Source: an uncultured Gammaproteobacteria bacterium (GTDB lineage: Bacteria > Patescibacteriota > Microgenomatia > UBA10105 > UBA927). Taken from it: a stretch of DNA of 64,000 nucleotides. Each line of letters begins with the position of its first letter. The stretch's first letter is position 1. A model generated the notes under the pieces. It was not told where the DNA came from. It did not search any database and saw only the letters and a list, made by a program, of their open reading frames with translations. Below, one piece after another: positions 33,227 to 42,227 of this stretch. The translations under genes and the position numbers were made by a program. The stretch covers positions 120,039-184,038 of the forward strand of contig CAZVTT010000002.1 in NCBI GenBank assembly GCA_964629685.1, in the 5' to 3' direction.

Positions 33227-33976
33227 ATGCTTGCGATGCTTTCGGGACTATTCGGGCTGTTTTTTGGCTCATTTATAAATGTGCTGATAGACAGACTGCC
33301 TCAAGGAAAAGATGTTATTGCGGGTCGTTCCGTATGTGATTATTGCGGTAAAACGCTTCGCTGGTATGAGTTAATTCCGGTTATATCGTTTTTACTTCAG
33401 GGAGCCAAATGTCGACGTTGCCACAAAAATTTGTCCTGGCAATATCCGGCTGTAGAAGTTACCACTGCTCTTATTTTTTTCTTAATCGGGCAGCGTGTAA
33501 TGGATATTCATTTACTCATCCCCCTGTTCATTGTCGCGGGTGTTTTTATTGTCGTGATGGGAGCGGATTTTAAATATCAGATTATTCCGGACAGCATGGT
33601 GGTGGCACTGACTATCGGATCGGTGTGGCTTACCGTTGCGACATCAGGTGTGTCTGTGCTACCGGCACATGCATTTGCCGGATTTGGCGCATTCCTCTTC
33701 TTTTTCCTGTTATGGTTCGGTACGAAAGGGAAAGGAATGGGGTTCGGAGACGTAAAACTTGCCTTCCCCCTGGGTCTGTTGCTCGGGTTTCCTTCTATAG
33801 TCTTTGCGGTATATGTGGCGTTTTTGACCGGGGCAACCGTAGGTATAATTTTGCTTGTAAGTAAGAACAAAACGTTAAAAAGCAGGATTGCGTTCGGACC
33901 GTTCTTGATTATTGGAGCATCACTCGTTCTGATGTTTCCCGGTATATTTACCTCTATTCTTCACGCGTTATTCTGA
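33227..33976 (+). CDS. pilD: Prepilin peptidase (A24 family)
   Basis: The N-terminal Zn-binding CDYCGK…CRRCH and the polytopic A24 core. Confidence 0.85.
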   Translation: MLAMLSGLFGLFFGSFINVLIDRLPQGKDVIAGRSVCDYCGKTLRWYELIPVISFLLQGAKCRRCHKNLSWQYPAVEVTTALIFFLIGQRVMDIHLLIPLFIVAGVFIVVMGADFKYQIIPDSMVVALTIGSVWLTVATSGVSVLPAHAFAGFGAFLFFFLLWFGTKGKGMGFGDVKLAFPLGLLLGFPSIVFAVYVAFLTGATVGIILLVSKNKTLKSRIAFGPFLIIGASLVLMFPGIFTSILHALF

Positions 33977-34017
33977 TTTGCATACTACTCTTGCACCGTA
34001 GTTATGGGTATGTCATT

Positions 34018-34467
34018 ATGAATACTAGTATGGATATACAAAAAACTATTGTTAAACGATTTCGGACATATTCGCATGGATTTACCATGCTGGAATTATT
34101 AATTGTTATTGCCATAATAGGCATTTTGGTATCTATGGGTACGGTTGCCTATTCTTCAGCACAGAAAAAAGCCCGGGATAGTAAACGGATTAACGATATG
34201 AAAGCGATCCAAAGTGGACTGGAACAGTATTATTCCGATAATAATGCATATCCCGCAGCAGGTTCAAACTGTAATCCCGGAGTAGCATATCTACCGGCAG
34301 GGGTTCCGACAGATCCTAAGCCGTCGCAGTCATATGCTCCGTCAAGTTGTACAACTACATCGTACTGTTATTGTGCCACGCTAGAAGGTACATCGGGCGG
34401 TAACGCGACAAATGCTACCTGTACATTCGGAACGGGAGCGTTTTTCTGTGTAAGACAATTGCAGTAA
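34018..34467 (+). CDS. Type IV prepilin-like protein (minor pilin)
   Basis: …RTYSHG then FTMLELLIVIAIIG. The listed ORF begins at a TTG (33991) and the first ATG is 34018. Start uncertain. Confidence 0.7.
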   Translation: MNTSMDIQKTIVKRFRTYSHGFTMLELLIVIAIIGILVSMGTVAYSSAQKKARDSKRINDMKAIQSGLEQYYSDNNAYPAAGSNCNPGVAYLPAGVPTDPKPSQSYAPSSCTTTSYCYCATLEGTSGGNATNATCTFGTGAFFCVRQLQ

Positions 34468-34471
34468 AATT

Positions 34472-34975
34472 ATGGACGTATTCCCTACCCTATCACAGCA
34501 GACCGAGTATAAACGGGGATTTTCCTTAGTAGAGTTGCTGGTAGTGGCAACAGTTATGGCGGTGCTGTCGATTGTAGGAGTGGTTTCTTATACCAATTTG
34601 AACAAGAAATCCCGTGATTCCAAGCGAAATAGTGACCTGGAACAATTGAGGTCGGCACTGGAAATGTTTCGGGCGGATAAAGGGTTTTATCCAGAGGTTA
34701 ATACGTCCAGTTTCGATTCGGCCAGTAGCCTGGATACCGGCGATGCAAACACCGGTTTAGTCCCGACATATTTACCGGCAATTCCGACGGATCCGAAAAC
34801 ACCTACACAGGATTATTATTATTACCCGACAAATGTTTCAGGTGGAAATTATTACGGATACTGCATTTGCGGTTTACGGGAATCACAAACCGGAACGACA
34901 AGTACCTGTGTTGGGGCGACGTTGCCTGGCGGTACGCTTCCAGCAAATTGCAACTACGGATTAAAAAATCCATAG
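34472..34975 (+). CDS. Type IV prepilin-like protein (minor pilin)
   Basis: Leader MDVFPTLSQQTEYKRG then FSLVELLVVA. Confidence 0.75.
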   Translation: MDVFPTLSQQTEYKRGFSLVELLVVATVMAVLSIVGVVSYTNLNKKSRDSKRNSDLEQLRSALEMFRADKGFYPEVNTSSFDSASSLDTGDANTGLVPTYLPAIPTDPKTPTQDYYYYPTNVSGGNYYGYCICGLRESQTGTTSTCVGATLPGGTLPANCNYGLKNP

Positions 34976-34993
34976 TAGTGAGCTTTAGCATCT

Positions 34994-35479
34994 GTGATGT
35001 CCATGAGATTACCTGCCAACAATGACCGTGGATTTTCTCTTCTGGAGATGCTTGTGGTGGTTACTATTTCAATGGGGGTAATAGGAGCTATTGTGGTGAA
35101 TTACAATTCGTTTAACGAAGGTCAGAAACTCCGACAGGCTGCGTTATCGTTGAAGTCAAATTTTCGGTTAGCGCAATCCCGGGCTATTTCGGGACTAAAA
35201 CCAAGCTCGGGTTGTACCAGTTTGCGTGGATATACCGTCACGTTTAATCAGAATGGATACTCGATACAGGCATCTTGTACGGAAGGACTGGTAGGGCAAT
35301 CAGTAGACGTGACACTTCCCTCCTCTGTTACGTTCTCCCCAGTCCCTGCTGCCTTAACATTTGCGGTATTAAACGGTACGGCTTCTTCTGCAACCTCAAT
35401 TACCCTTAGCGGGGTAAGCAATACATTTGAATTACAAGTAAGTACAAGCGGTGACGTAAATGATACCGGAATAGAATAG
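34994..35479 (+). CDS. Type IV prepilin-like protein (minor pilin, FimT/GspH-like)
   Basis: …NNDRG then FSLLEMLVVV. Confidence 0.7.
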   Translation: MMSMRLPANNDRGFSLLEMLVVVTISMGVIGAIVVNYNSFNEGQKLRQAALSLKSNFRLAQSRAISGLKPSSGCTSLRGYTVTFNQNGYSIQASCTEGLVGQSVDVTLPSSVTFSPVPAALTFAVLNGTASSATSITLSGVSNTFELQVSTSGDVNDTGIE

Positions 35480-35480
35480 T

Positions 35481-35936
35481 ATGATTAGTTTGTTACGGTC
35501 TAAATCAGGACAAAGTCTGGTGGAAATTGTGGTTGTTGTCGGTACTGTTGTGTTGCTGGTTTCCGGTTTGATTGTGGCCACTACCACCTCTCTGAAAACT
35601 ACGCGTTTGAGTACTACGCGTTCTCCGGCAATAAAATATGCACAAGAAGGGATAGAACAGGCACGGAAATTGCGTGATACCAGCTGGTCTAGTTTTTTGG
35701 CACAGAAAGATGCACCGGGTGGGTTGTGGTGTCTGGGCATTCAAAATACCTGGACTATGGCTCAGGGAGACGAAGAAAATTGCCAGTCAAACATAGATGC
35801 GGTGTTTTCCAGAGTAATTCAATTTACCTGGGATGCGCCCAACAATCGGATGCTGGTGGAAAGTACCGTTTCGTGGAACGATGGTGGTGTGATCCGGCAA
35901 AGTGATGTATCAACATACTTTACCGATTGGCGATAA
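35481..35936 (+). CDS. Type IV prepilin-like protein (minor pilin, PilV-like; Gln at +1)
   Basis: Leader MISLLRSKSG then QSLVEIVVVVG. Confidence 0.65.
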   Translation: MISLLRSKSGQSLVEIVVVVGTVVLLVSGLIVATTTSLKTTRLSTTRSPAIKYAQEGIEQARKLRDTSWSSFLAQKDAPGGLWCLGIQNTWTMAQGDEENCQSNIDAVFSRVIQFTWDAPNNRMLVESTVSWNDGGVIRQSDVSTYFTDWR

Positions 35937-35939
35937 TAT

Positions 35940-36497
35940 ATGGTACCGAATAGACACATAATTAGAGTACGTTTGGCAGGTTTTACTCTTCTTGAGGTCC
36001 TTATTTCCGTAGCCGTTATGTCAGTTATCGGTACCATCATTGCGCAATCGTTTTTTACGACTACCAGAAGTAGCGCTAAGGTAGAAATCCTGAAGGATAC
36101 AAAGCAGAGTGGTGATTTTGCCATGAGCGTCATGGAGCGTATGATCCGCAGTGCATCGGATATAACCACGTCCTGTGCCAGCACCGGAACAACCGTGGAA
36201 GCACTTAGTGTCCGTGCGGCGGATGGAGGGATAACTACTTTTGAGTGTGACTTAAATGGCGGTGTGACCCGTATTGCGTCTACAAGTGCAAACGGAACCG
36301 TGTATTTGTCTGCTACCAACGTCACGTTGGGTGGTACGGTTTGTGAGGAATCTTCACTGGAATTCGTGTGCGCGTCAAATCCCAGTACCGGAAAAAGTGT
36401 CAAAATACAGTTTACGTTGTCGCAAAAAGGTACGGGAGGTAATCAATCGGAACGTGCGAATACTTCCTTTCAGACGACAATTAATGTTAGGAACTGA
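35940..36497 (+). CDS. Type IV prepilin-like protein (minor pilin, PilW/GspJ-like)
   Basis: …RVRLAG then FTLLEVLISVAV. Confidence 0.7.
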   Translation: MVPNRHIIRVRLAGFTLLEVLISVAVMSVIGTIIAQSFFTTTRSSAKVEILKDTKQSGDFAMSVMERMIRSASDITTSCASTGTTVEALSVRAADGGITTFECDLNGGVTRIASTSANGTVYLSATNVTLGGTVCEESSLEFVCASNPSTGKSVKIQFTLSQKGTGGNQSERANTSFQTTINVRN

Positions 36498-36536
36498 AAC
36501 GTTGTCAAATAGTCCGAATCACTTTACAATAAACGT

Positions 36537-37367
36537 ATGACGTCATCATCGAAGTCAGGTCAGGTTTTATTAATCACGTTATTGGTATTAGCCATTGCCA
36601 CTACAATAGGGTTATCACTGATCGCCCGCTCCACTACAGATTTAACCATTAGCCGGGAGGCCGAAGAGTCTGCTCGCGCATTTAGTGCTGCCGAAGCAGG
36701 AATAGAAGAGTCTTTGTTAAGCGGACAATCTACGGGGGTTAAAACGTTATCTGCGGGACAAGTGACGTATACGGCGTCAGTTACGGCCATCGGGGGGGCA
36801 GTGGGCGCGTATACATTACCGCAACGGTCTGTTGTCGGGGAAACCGATACCGTATGGTTAGTAAATCATTTGGCGGACGGATCTCTTGATGAATCTACCT
36901 ATTACACCAGTCCGACTCTGGATGTGTGCTGGGCACCTCAAACGACAACCCCTGCTTTGATTGTTACCATTCCCTATATTTCCGGAGGCGTATATCAGGT
37001 TGCCAAGCTAGCGCTCGATCCTGATGCAGGCAGCCGTTCCCCTGCCAACGGTTTTACTGCAGCCGGGGCAAGCGGAAACGGTTGCGGTCAAAGTGATGTT
37101 TACCGTTATCCTATTACATTTGCTACTTTAGGCATTGATCCTGCTACGGATACGCTATTAGCTTTAAGAGTACGGCCGGTATACAGCGATACGCAGGTAT
37201 ATGTAAATGCTCCCAGTCTGGCGTTACCACAACAAGGCAAAAGAATAGAATCGGTCGGTACCACGCCTTCAGGATTAACCCGAAGAATTGTTGTACAACA
37301 GCCTTATTTGGCACCAAGTAGTATTTTTGACGCAGTTGTAGTCAGTCAGTCCGGATTTCAACATTAA
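36537..37367 (+). CDS. PilX-like minor pilin (PilX N-terminal domain)
   Basis: KSGQVLLITLLVLAIATTIGLSLI…S…AFSAAEAG matches the PilX_N pattern. Confidence 0.6.
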   Translation: MTSSSKSGQVLLITLLVLAIATTIGLSLIARSTTDLTISREAEESARAFSAAEAGIEESLLSGQSTGVKTLSAGQVTYTASVTAIGGAVGAYTLPQRSVVGETDTVWLVNHLADGSLDESTYYTSPTLDVCWAPQTTTPALIVTIPYISGGVYQVAKLALDPDAGSRSPANGFTAAGASGNGCGQSDVYRYPITFATLGIDPATDTLLALRVRPVYSDTQVYVNAPSLALPQQGKRIESVGTTPSGLTRRIVVQQPYLAPSSIFDAVVVSQSGFQH

Positions 37368-37424
37368 GTTGTGGACAGACGACACCGGCTACGATAAGCT
37401 AAAAAGAAGGAGTTAAGCTGCCCT

Positions 37425-38444
37425 ATGTCATCAGTTATTGGACTTGATATCGGTTCACATAGTATTAAACTTATTGAAGTCAGCAAAGAGCGTGATGTTG
37501 CTACACTTTTGACTGCCGGGAGTATCCCCACGCCTCCGAAAGCGCTTATATCCAATCTCCAGGCAGATGCAGAAGCAATTGCGGTTGCACTAAAAAAATT
37601 ACTGCACGATACGGGCAGTAAATCCCGGAACGTAAATGTGGCATTGCCGGAATCCCAGGTATTTACCCGGGTTATAGAAGTTCCTCCTCTGTCCCAGCGG
37701 GAATTAACTTCCGCCATAAAATGGGAAGCAGAACAATATATTCCTTTACCACTGGATCAGGTAAATATTGATTTCAGTATTTTACGCGAAGCGAAAGAAA
37801 CTACCAGCGGTAAAATGGAAGTATTGTTAGTGGCTGCTCCAAAAGCGTTATTGGACAAGTATGTAAATATATTAGATCTAGCCGATGTAAATATTCAGGG
37901 TGTGGAAACGGAAATAATTTCTGCGTCCCGTTCTTTAGTCAGGTCTGCCGCCAACCTGAAAACGGTAATGATTGTCTCCTTGGGTAATCAAACCACGGAT
38001 TTAGCCATCCTCAGAGGCGGTGTCCTGGGTTTTACCAGATCCATTAGTGCGGGTGGTGAAGCGTTGTCGAGGGCACTCGTGCAGGGATTGGGGTTTGAAA
38101 AAAATCAGGCAGAAGAATTTAAAAAAGCTTACGGTTTAGAGCGGAATAAACTTGAAGGAAAGATAGTTACGGCAGTAAAACCGATAATGGATACCATTAT
38201 CGGTGAAATGAAACGTGCAGTGGCGTATTATCAGGAAAAATACAAAGATGACAGACTTGAAGCGATCATTTTGTCCGGAGGTACAGCCCGTATTCCGGGT
38301 ATGGTGGTGTATATAGCAGAAGCTATGGGCATAGAAGCGCAACTTGCAAACCCTTGGGTTGGTATACGTCGGGATCCTCGCTTTGCGGTACTGGATAATG
38401 AAGGCCCGACATTTTCGGTAGCGGTGGGATTGGCGCTCCGCTAG
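37425..38444 (+). CDS. pilM: Type IV pilus assembly protein PilM (actin-like ATPase)
   Basis: N-terminal VIGLDIGSHSIKLIEV, size ~340 aa, AAGGAG RBS. Confidence 0.85.
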   Translation: MSSVIGLDIGSHSIKLIEVSKERDVATLLTAGSIPTPPKALISNLQADAEAIAVALKKLLHDTGSKSRNVNVALPESQVFTRVIEVPPLSQRELTSAIKWEAEQYIPLPLDQVNIDFSILREAKETTSGKMEVLLVAAPKALLDKYVNILDLADVNIQGVETEIISASRSLVRSAANLKTVMIVSLGNQTTDLAILRGGVLGFTRSISAGGEALSRALVQGLGFEKNQAEEFKKAYGLERNKLEGKIVTAVKPIMDTIIGEMKRAVAYYQEKYKDDRLEAIILSGGTARIPGMVVYIAEAMGIEAQLANPWVGIRRDPRFAVLDNEGPTFSVAVGLALR

Positions 38445-38468
38445 TCATCACCGACGGATAAGGATATT

Positions 38469-39011
38469 ATGGCAGCCGGTGATATAAACTTACTTAAATC
38501 CCGATCATCACTTTCTCCACAATTATTAGCGATTCAGGAGCAGGTCCGTTGGGTCGGATTGGGTTCACTTGCTTTGGTTATTCTGGTAGCTGTAGGGCTG
38601 GGAGCGACGTATATGATTTTTCTGCAACAACGTCAGGCGTTGGAAGCCAGAAGAAAGCAAGTCCTGTCGGCCATTGCCAATGAATCCATAAAGGAAGGAT
38701 TATATTTTTCCATTCGCCAGCGGCTTCCGGTCGTGGAAAAGGCCTTCGGAGTTCAGAAGCCATGGGGAACTATTCTGGACGATGTATACACCATTGCCAG
38801 ACCACCGGATCTGGCATCTGTAGTTGTTGATGATCAGAATGTGGTGGTTTTGTCCGTAAAAACGACATCAGTAGAGCAAACGGCAGTAGTGGTAAACGCA
38901 GTAGTTCGGTTAGTACAGGAAAAACGGATTAAGAGTCCGCAGTTATTGGGACTACAGTTAACAAAAGACGGAACGGTACAGGTAAATTTATCTTATATTC
39001 CGACACTGTAA
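38469..39011 (+). CDS. pilN: Type IV pilus assembly protein PilN
   Basis: INLL motif, single TM, ~180 aa. Confidence 0.75.
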   Translation: MAAGDINLLKSRSSLSPQLLAIQEQVRWVGLGSLALVILVAVGLGATYMIFLQQRQALEARRKQVLSAIANESIKEGLYFSIRQRLPVVEKAFGVQKPWGTILDDVYTIARPPDLASVVVDDQNVVVLSVKTTSVEQTAVVVNAVVRLVQEKRIKSPQLLGLQLTKDGTVQVNLSYIPTL

Positions 39012-39012
39012 T

Positions 39013-39750
39013 ATGCGTGCATTCAGAAAATTTTTACGGTTAAACCAGGGTATTATTATTCCGGCAGTCATGTTGCTGTTTAGTGTTTTTGTATCCATAC
39101 TTGTTCTGTATCCTGTAAGTCAGCAGACGTGGGATTTGATTCAGGACGTAAATACGGAGCGTACTGAAATAGTTGGTTTACAGACAAAACTAAATCAATT
39201 GCAGGCATTGGATGAAGAAACGCTGCGTCAGCAATTACGATTGCTTACTTCGGCTATCCCTACTGAAAAATCGTTGGCTACGTTGCTTTCCACAGCAGAA
39301 GTTGTGAGTGCCAACACCGGGGCTACGTTATCGGATTTAAGTCTTATAAACCCGGGATCATTAGCCACGGATTCAGCTAAACGGCAGACATCCGAAGAAA
39401 AAACATTCGGTGCCGCATTATTACCGTTTTCGGTTGTACTAACCGGTTCGGAACAGCAGATACGCAATTATTTATCTACCAGTATAAATGTCCGCCGGCT
39501 ATTACGGATAAAACAGTTTACTGTTGTGTTCTCCGGAGACGGAAACGCCAGATCGAACGTAAGCCTGGATGCATTATACGCCGGTTTGCCGACGAATTTG
39601 GGAGATGTAAAACAACCTATCGTCCCGTTGACGGAGAAAGACGAACAACTCTTGGATAAGCTAGCAGCTCAACCAAATTATAGCCAGGAATTACTGGCAC
39701 CGCCAGCAGCGGCAGAACAACCATTTAAGGCTGATCCGTTTTCGCCTTAA
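39013..39750 (+). CDS. pilO: Type IV pilus assembly protein PilO
   Basis: Single N-terminal TM then a coiled-coil, in the position after pilN. Confidence 0.65.
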   Translation: MRAFRKFLRLNQGIIIPAVMLLFSVFVSILVLYPVSQQTWDLIQDVNTERTEIVGLQTKLNQLQALDEETLRQQLRLLTSAIPTEKSLATLLSTAEVVSANTGATLSDLSLINPGSLATDSAKRQTSEEKTFGAALLPFSVVLTGSEQQIRNYLSTSINVRRLLRIKQFTVVFSGDGNARSNVSLDALYAGLPTNLGDVKQPIVPLTEKDEQLLDKLAAQPNYSQELLAPPAAAEQPFKADPFSP

Positions 39751-40471
39751 GTAAATCGGGTCTGCGGGCTATTGTCCTCTGCATCTCCTGTTCCGCCCTC
39801 CACATTTCAATATCACGGTGGTTTCCGGAGAGCAATACATCCGGAACGTTCATGCCTCTGTATTCTGCCGGTCTGGTATATTGGGGAAATTCCAGTAATT
39901 CATTACCAGATAGGTCTGTATGGAACGTTTCGTTAATCGGTGCATCGGGTTTTGGTAATACTCCCGGGAGTAACCTGGTTATGCTGTCAACTATCGCCAT
40001 CGCCGGTATTTCGCCGCCGGTAAGAATATAGTCACCTATGGATATTTCTTCGTCGACGAGGGCACGTATGCGTTCGTCAAAACCCTCGTAATGCCCACAG
40101 ATAAGCACCAGATGATTTAACGTACTTAATCTTGTGGCTACGGGTTGTCGGTAAGGAATACCCTGAGGGTCGAGTAATATAACGCGGGTGCCTGGATCCG
40201 TTGTCTGTGTGGAAATGTCCGTTTTTCGGGGAGTCCGTTCATATCCGAGTGCGGCTGTTAGGGCTCTATCAAGTACATCAATCCGCAGGATCATGCCAGT
40301 GCCACCGCCATAAGGCCGGTCATCTACGCTTTTATATGCGTCTGAACTGTACGTGCGGATGTCTATAATGCGTAATTCTATGTGCTCACGGGAAATTGCC
40401 CTCTTCACGATGGAAAAATCGAATGGTCCACGAAACATGTCGGGGAAAAGCGTGAGTATGCTTATCCGCAT
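39725..40471 (-). CDS. trmD: tRNA (guanine37-N1)-methyltransferase
   Basis: ILTLFPDMF, PYGGGTGM, ICGHYEGFDER and the SPOUT knot motifs. Confidence 0.9.
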   Translation of the reverse strand: MRISILTLFPDMFRGPFDFSIVKRAISREHIELRIIDIRTYSSDAYKSVDDRPYGGGTGMILRIDVLDRALTAALGYERTPRKTDISTQTTDPGTRVILLDPQGIPYRQPVATRLSTLNHLVLICGHYEGFDERIRALVDEEISIGDYILTGGEIPAMAIVDSITRLLPGVLPKPDAPINETFHTDLSGNELLEFPQYTRPAEYRGMNVPDVLLSGNHRDIEMWRAEQEMQRTIARRPDLLKAKTDQP

Positions 40472-40494
40472 AGGAGGTAAAAGAATGCTTCAGT

Positions 40495-40725
40495 TTATTC
40501 TGCTAATACCACATCAACGTATACGTTATGTTTAGTTGCCATGAGTTTTACGAGGTCCCGAATAGCCCGGATAATACGGCCGTTTTTTCCGATTACTTTA
40601 CCAATATCTTCCTGATTTGCGTGAATTTTGTAGACGGTCCGGGTTTCTTCCGTAGTTTCTTCAACGGTAACTTCATCGGGATGGTCGACTAATTGCTGTA
40701 AAATGAATAGGAGTGTCTCTTTCAT
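40495..40725 (-). CDS. KH-domain RNA-binding protein (KhpA/UPF0109)
   Basis: VIGKNGRIIRAIRDL (GxxG KH motif). Conserved position between rpsP and trmD. Confidence 0.8.
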   Translation of the reverse strand: MKETLLFILQQLVDHPDEVTVEETTEETRTVYKIHANQEDIGKVIGKNGRIIRAIRDLVKLMATKHNVYVDVVLAE

Positions 40726-40727
40726 GG

Positions 40728-40958
40728 TTATTTGGTGGCCAGAAGCTTGCTGACGCTTTCCGTAAGTTGGGCTCCATGAGAGACCCAGTGTTCAACTCGG
40801 TCGCGTTTGATTTCGAGCATTGCCGGTTTTACCAAGGGATTGTAATAGCCCAATATTTCGAGCGCTTTACCGTCCCGGCGGTCGCTTTCATCGATAGCGA
40901 TAATCCGGTACATTCTGCGGTTTTTTGTGCCTGTTTGTGTTAAGCGAATTTTAACCAT
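40728..40958 (-). CDS. rpsP: 30S ribosomal protein bS16
   Basis: MVKIRLTQTGTKNRRMYRIIA…GYYNP. Confidence 0.9.
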   Translation of the reverse strand: MVKIRLTQTGTKNRRMYRIIAIDESDRRDGKALEILGYYNPLVKPAMLEIKRDRVEHWVSHGAQLTESVSKLLATK

Positions 40959-40970
40959 AGCGGTATAATA

Positions 40971-41657
40971 TCATTTCTTGCCTCGTTTCTCAAGCGCCTG
41001 TGCTGCTGCAGCCTGCTGAGCCTCCTGTTTGGATTTGCCCATACCCTGCCCCAGCACAGTATTGCCGACGAGAACTTCGACCCAAAATGTTTTTGCATGA
41101 TCCGGTCCTTCTGTCTTAATTACGTTATATGTAGGTGAAATACGTGATTCTTCCTGTACGATTTCCTGCAATAAGCTTTTAAAGTCTATGTATGTTTTAT
41201 TCTCCACAATATTCGTAACTTTAGGAAAAAGTACCCTTTCCAGAAATACTCTGGCAGCTTCAATCCCCTGATCTAAATACAAGGCTCCAAGCAATGCTTC
41301 AAATGTGTCCGCTAAAAGTGAAGCGTTATTTCTGCCGCCGGAATCTTCTTCTCCTCTACTCAAAAACAGTAATTCACCCAGACCGAGTTCTTTGGATGTT
41401 TCACTTAGGCTTTTCGTTTTGACCAGGCCGGAACGGATGTTGGTTAACGTACCTTCGGGGTATTCGGGATATTTTTTATACAAGTAGTCGGATGACAGGA
41501 AAGAAAGAATGGCGTCTCCCAAGAATTCCAGCCGTTCGTTTGATTCGCGTTGTTCTTTCACTTCGTTTAGATACGAACGGTGTACGAACGCCGCGTGCAT
41601 TAATTTTTCATCTTTAAAATGAATGTTAAGATTGGTTTGCAGTTCATCGAACGTCAT
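40971..41657 (-). CDS. rnc: Ribonuclease III
   Basis: HRSYLNE…ERLEFLGDAIL catalytic signature and a C-terminal dsRBD. Confidence 0.9.
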   Translation of the reverse strand: MTFDELQTNLNIHFKDEKLMHAAFVHRSYLNEVKEQRESNERLEFLGDAILSFLSSDYLYKKYPEYPEGTLTNIRSGLVKTKSLSETSKELGLGELLFLSRGEEDSGGRNNASLLADTFEALLGALYLDQGIEAARVFLERVLFPKVTNIVENKTYIDFKSLLQEIVQEESRISPTYNVIKTEGPDHAKTFWVEVLVGNTVLGQGMGKSKQEAQQAAAAQALEKRGKK

Positions 41658-41659
41658 AG

Positions 41660-42022
41660 TTATGTAGAAATGTCTAAATCTTTAATAATTGTACCTAATA
41701 CTCCATTTATAAACGATGGACTGGCGGGGTTTCCATAGGACTTTGCCAATTCAACAGCTTCATCAATTATGACTTTTGGCGGTTCGCTTTTTTGTACCGT
41801 GAGTTCAAAAAGTGCGAGTCTCAGGATGGCCAGATCGATTTTGGATATTTTATCCAAGGGCCATTCGGGGGCGGCTTTCTGAATTTGCAAATCAATATCG
41901 GGTCGAACCGGCAGAAACGTATCCAAATCGGCATCGTTTAAGTCAGGTTGAAAACTTAATGTGAAGATTTTTTGCATCAAGGCAATCCGTCGTTGATGCC
42001 GTGGGTCTGCAGCCGTTTTCAT
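41660..42022 (-). CDS. nusB: Transcription antitermination factor NusB
   Basis: RRIALMQKIF…LAILRLALFEL…SFINGVLG. Confidence 0.8.
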   Translation of the reverse strand: MKTAADPRHQRRIALMQKIFTLSFQPDLNDADLDTFLPVRPDIDLQIQKAAPEWPLDKISKIDLAILRLALFELTVQKSEPPKVIIDEAVELAKSYGNPASPSFINGVLGTIIKDLDIST

Positions 42023-42031
42023 GTTCAGAGC

Positions 42032-42211
42032 TTACGCTTTGGCAATTTTTTTGCCGTTGTAGACGTAGTATCCGTTTTCGATGTGAGCACGGTGTGGTTG
42101 ACGTAATGCTCCACCCTCCGTTACCGTCAAAGTCGGTAGTTTCATTTTGATGGACGCTGTGCGTTTGCCGCCGCGTCGTGTACTATGTCGTCGTTTTGGT
42201 AGTGGTGCCAT
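42032..42211 (-). CDS. rpmF: 50S ribosomal protein bL32, cysteine-less (zinc-free) form; unlisted in ORF track
   Basis: Revcomp translates to MAPLPKRRHSTRRGGKRTASIKMKLPTLTVTEGGALRQPHRAHIENGYYVYNGKKIAKA (59 aa). MAxPKRRxSxxRRxxRR is the bL32 N-terminal signature. GGAGG sits 8 nt upstream. Confidence 0.75.
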   Translation of the reverse strand: MAPLPKRRHSTRRGGKRTASIKMKLPTLTVTEGGALRQPHRAHIENGYYVYNGKKIAKA

Positions 42212-42227
42212 AAAATTAACCTCCAGG

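Noticed and set aside
35819-36403. 194-aa minus-strand ORF
   Set aside because: It is antisense to two well-supported pilin genes that carry clear prepilin signals.
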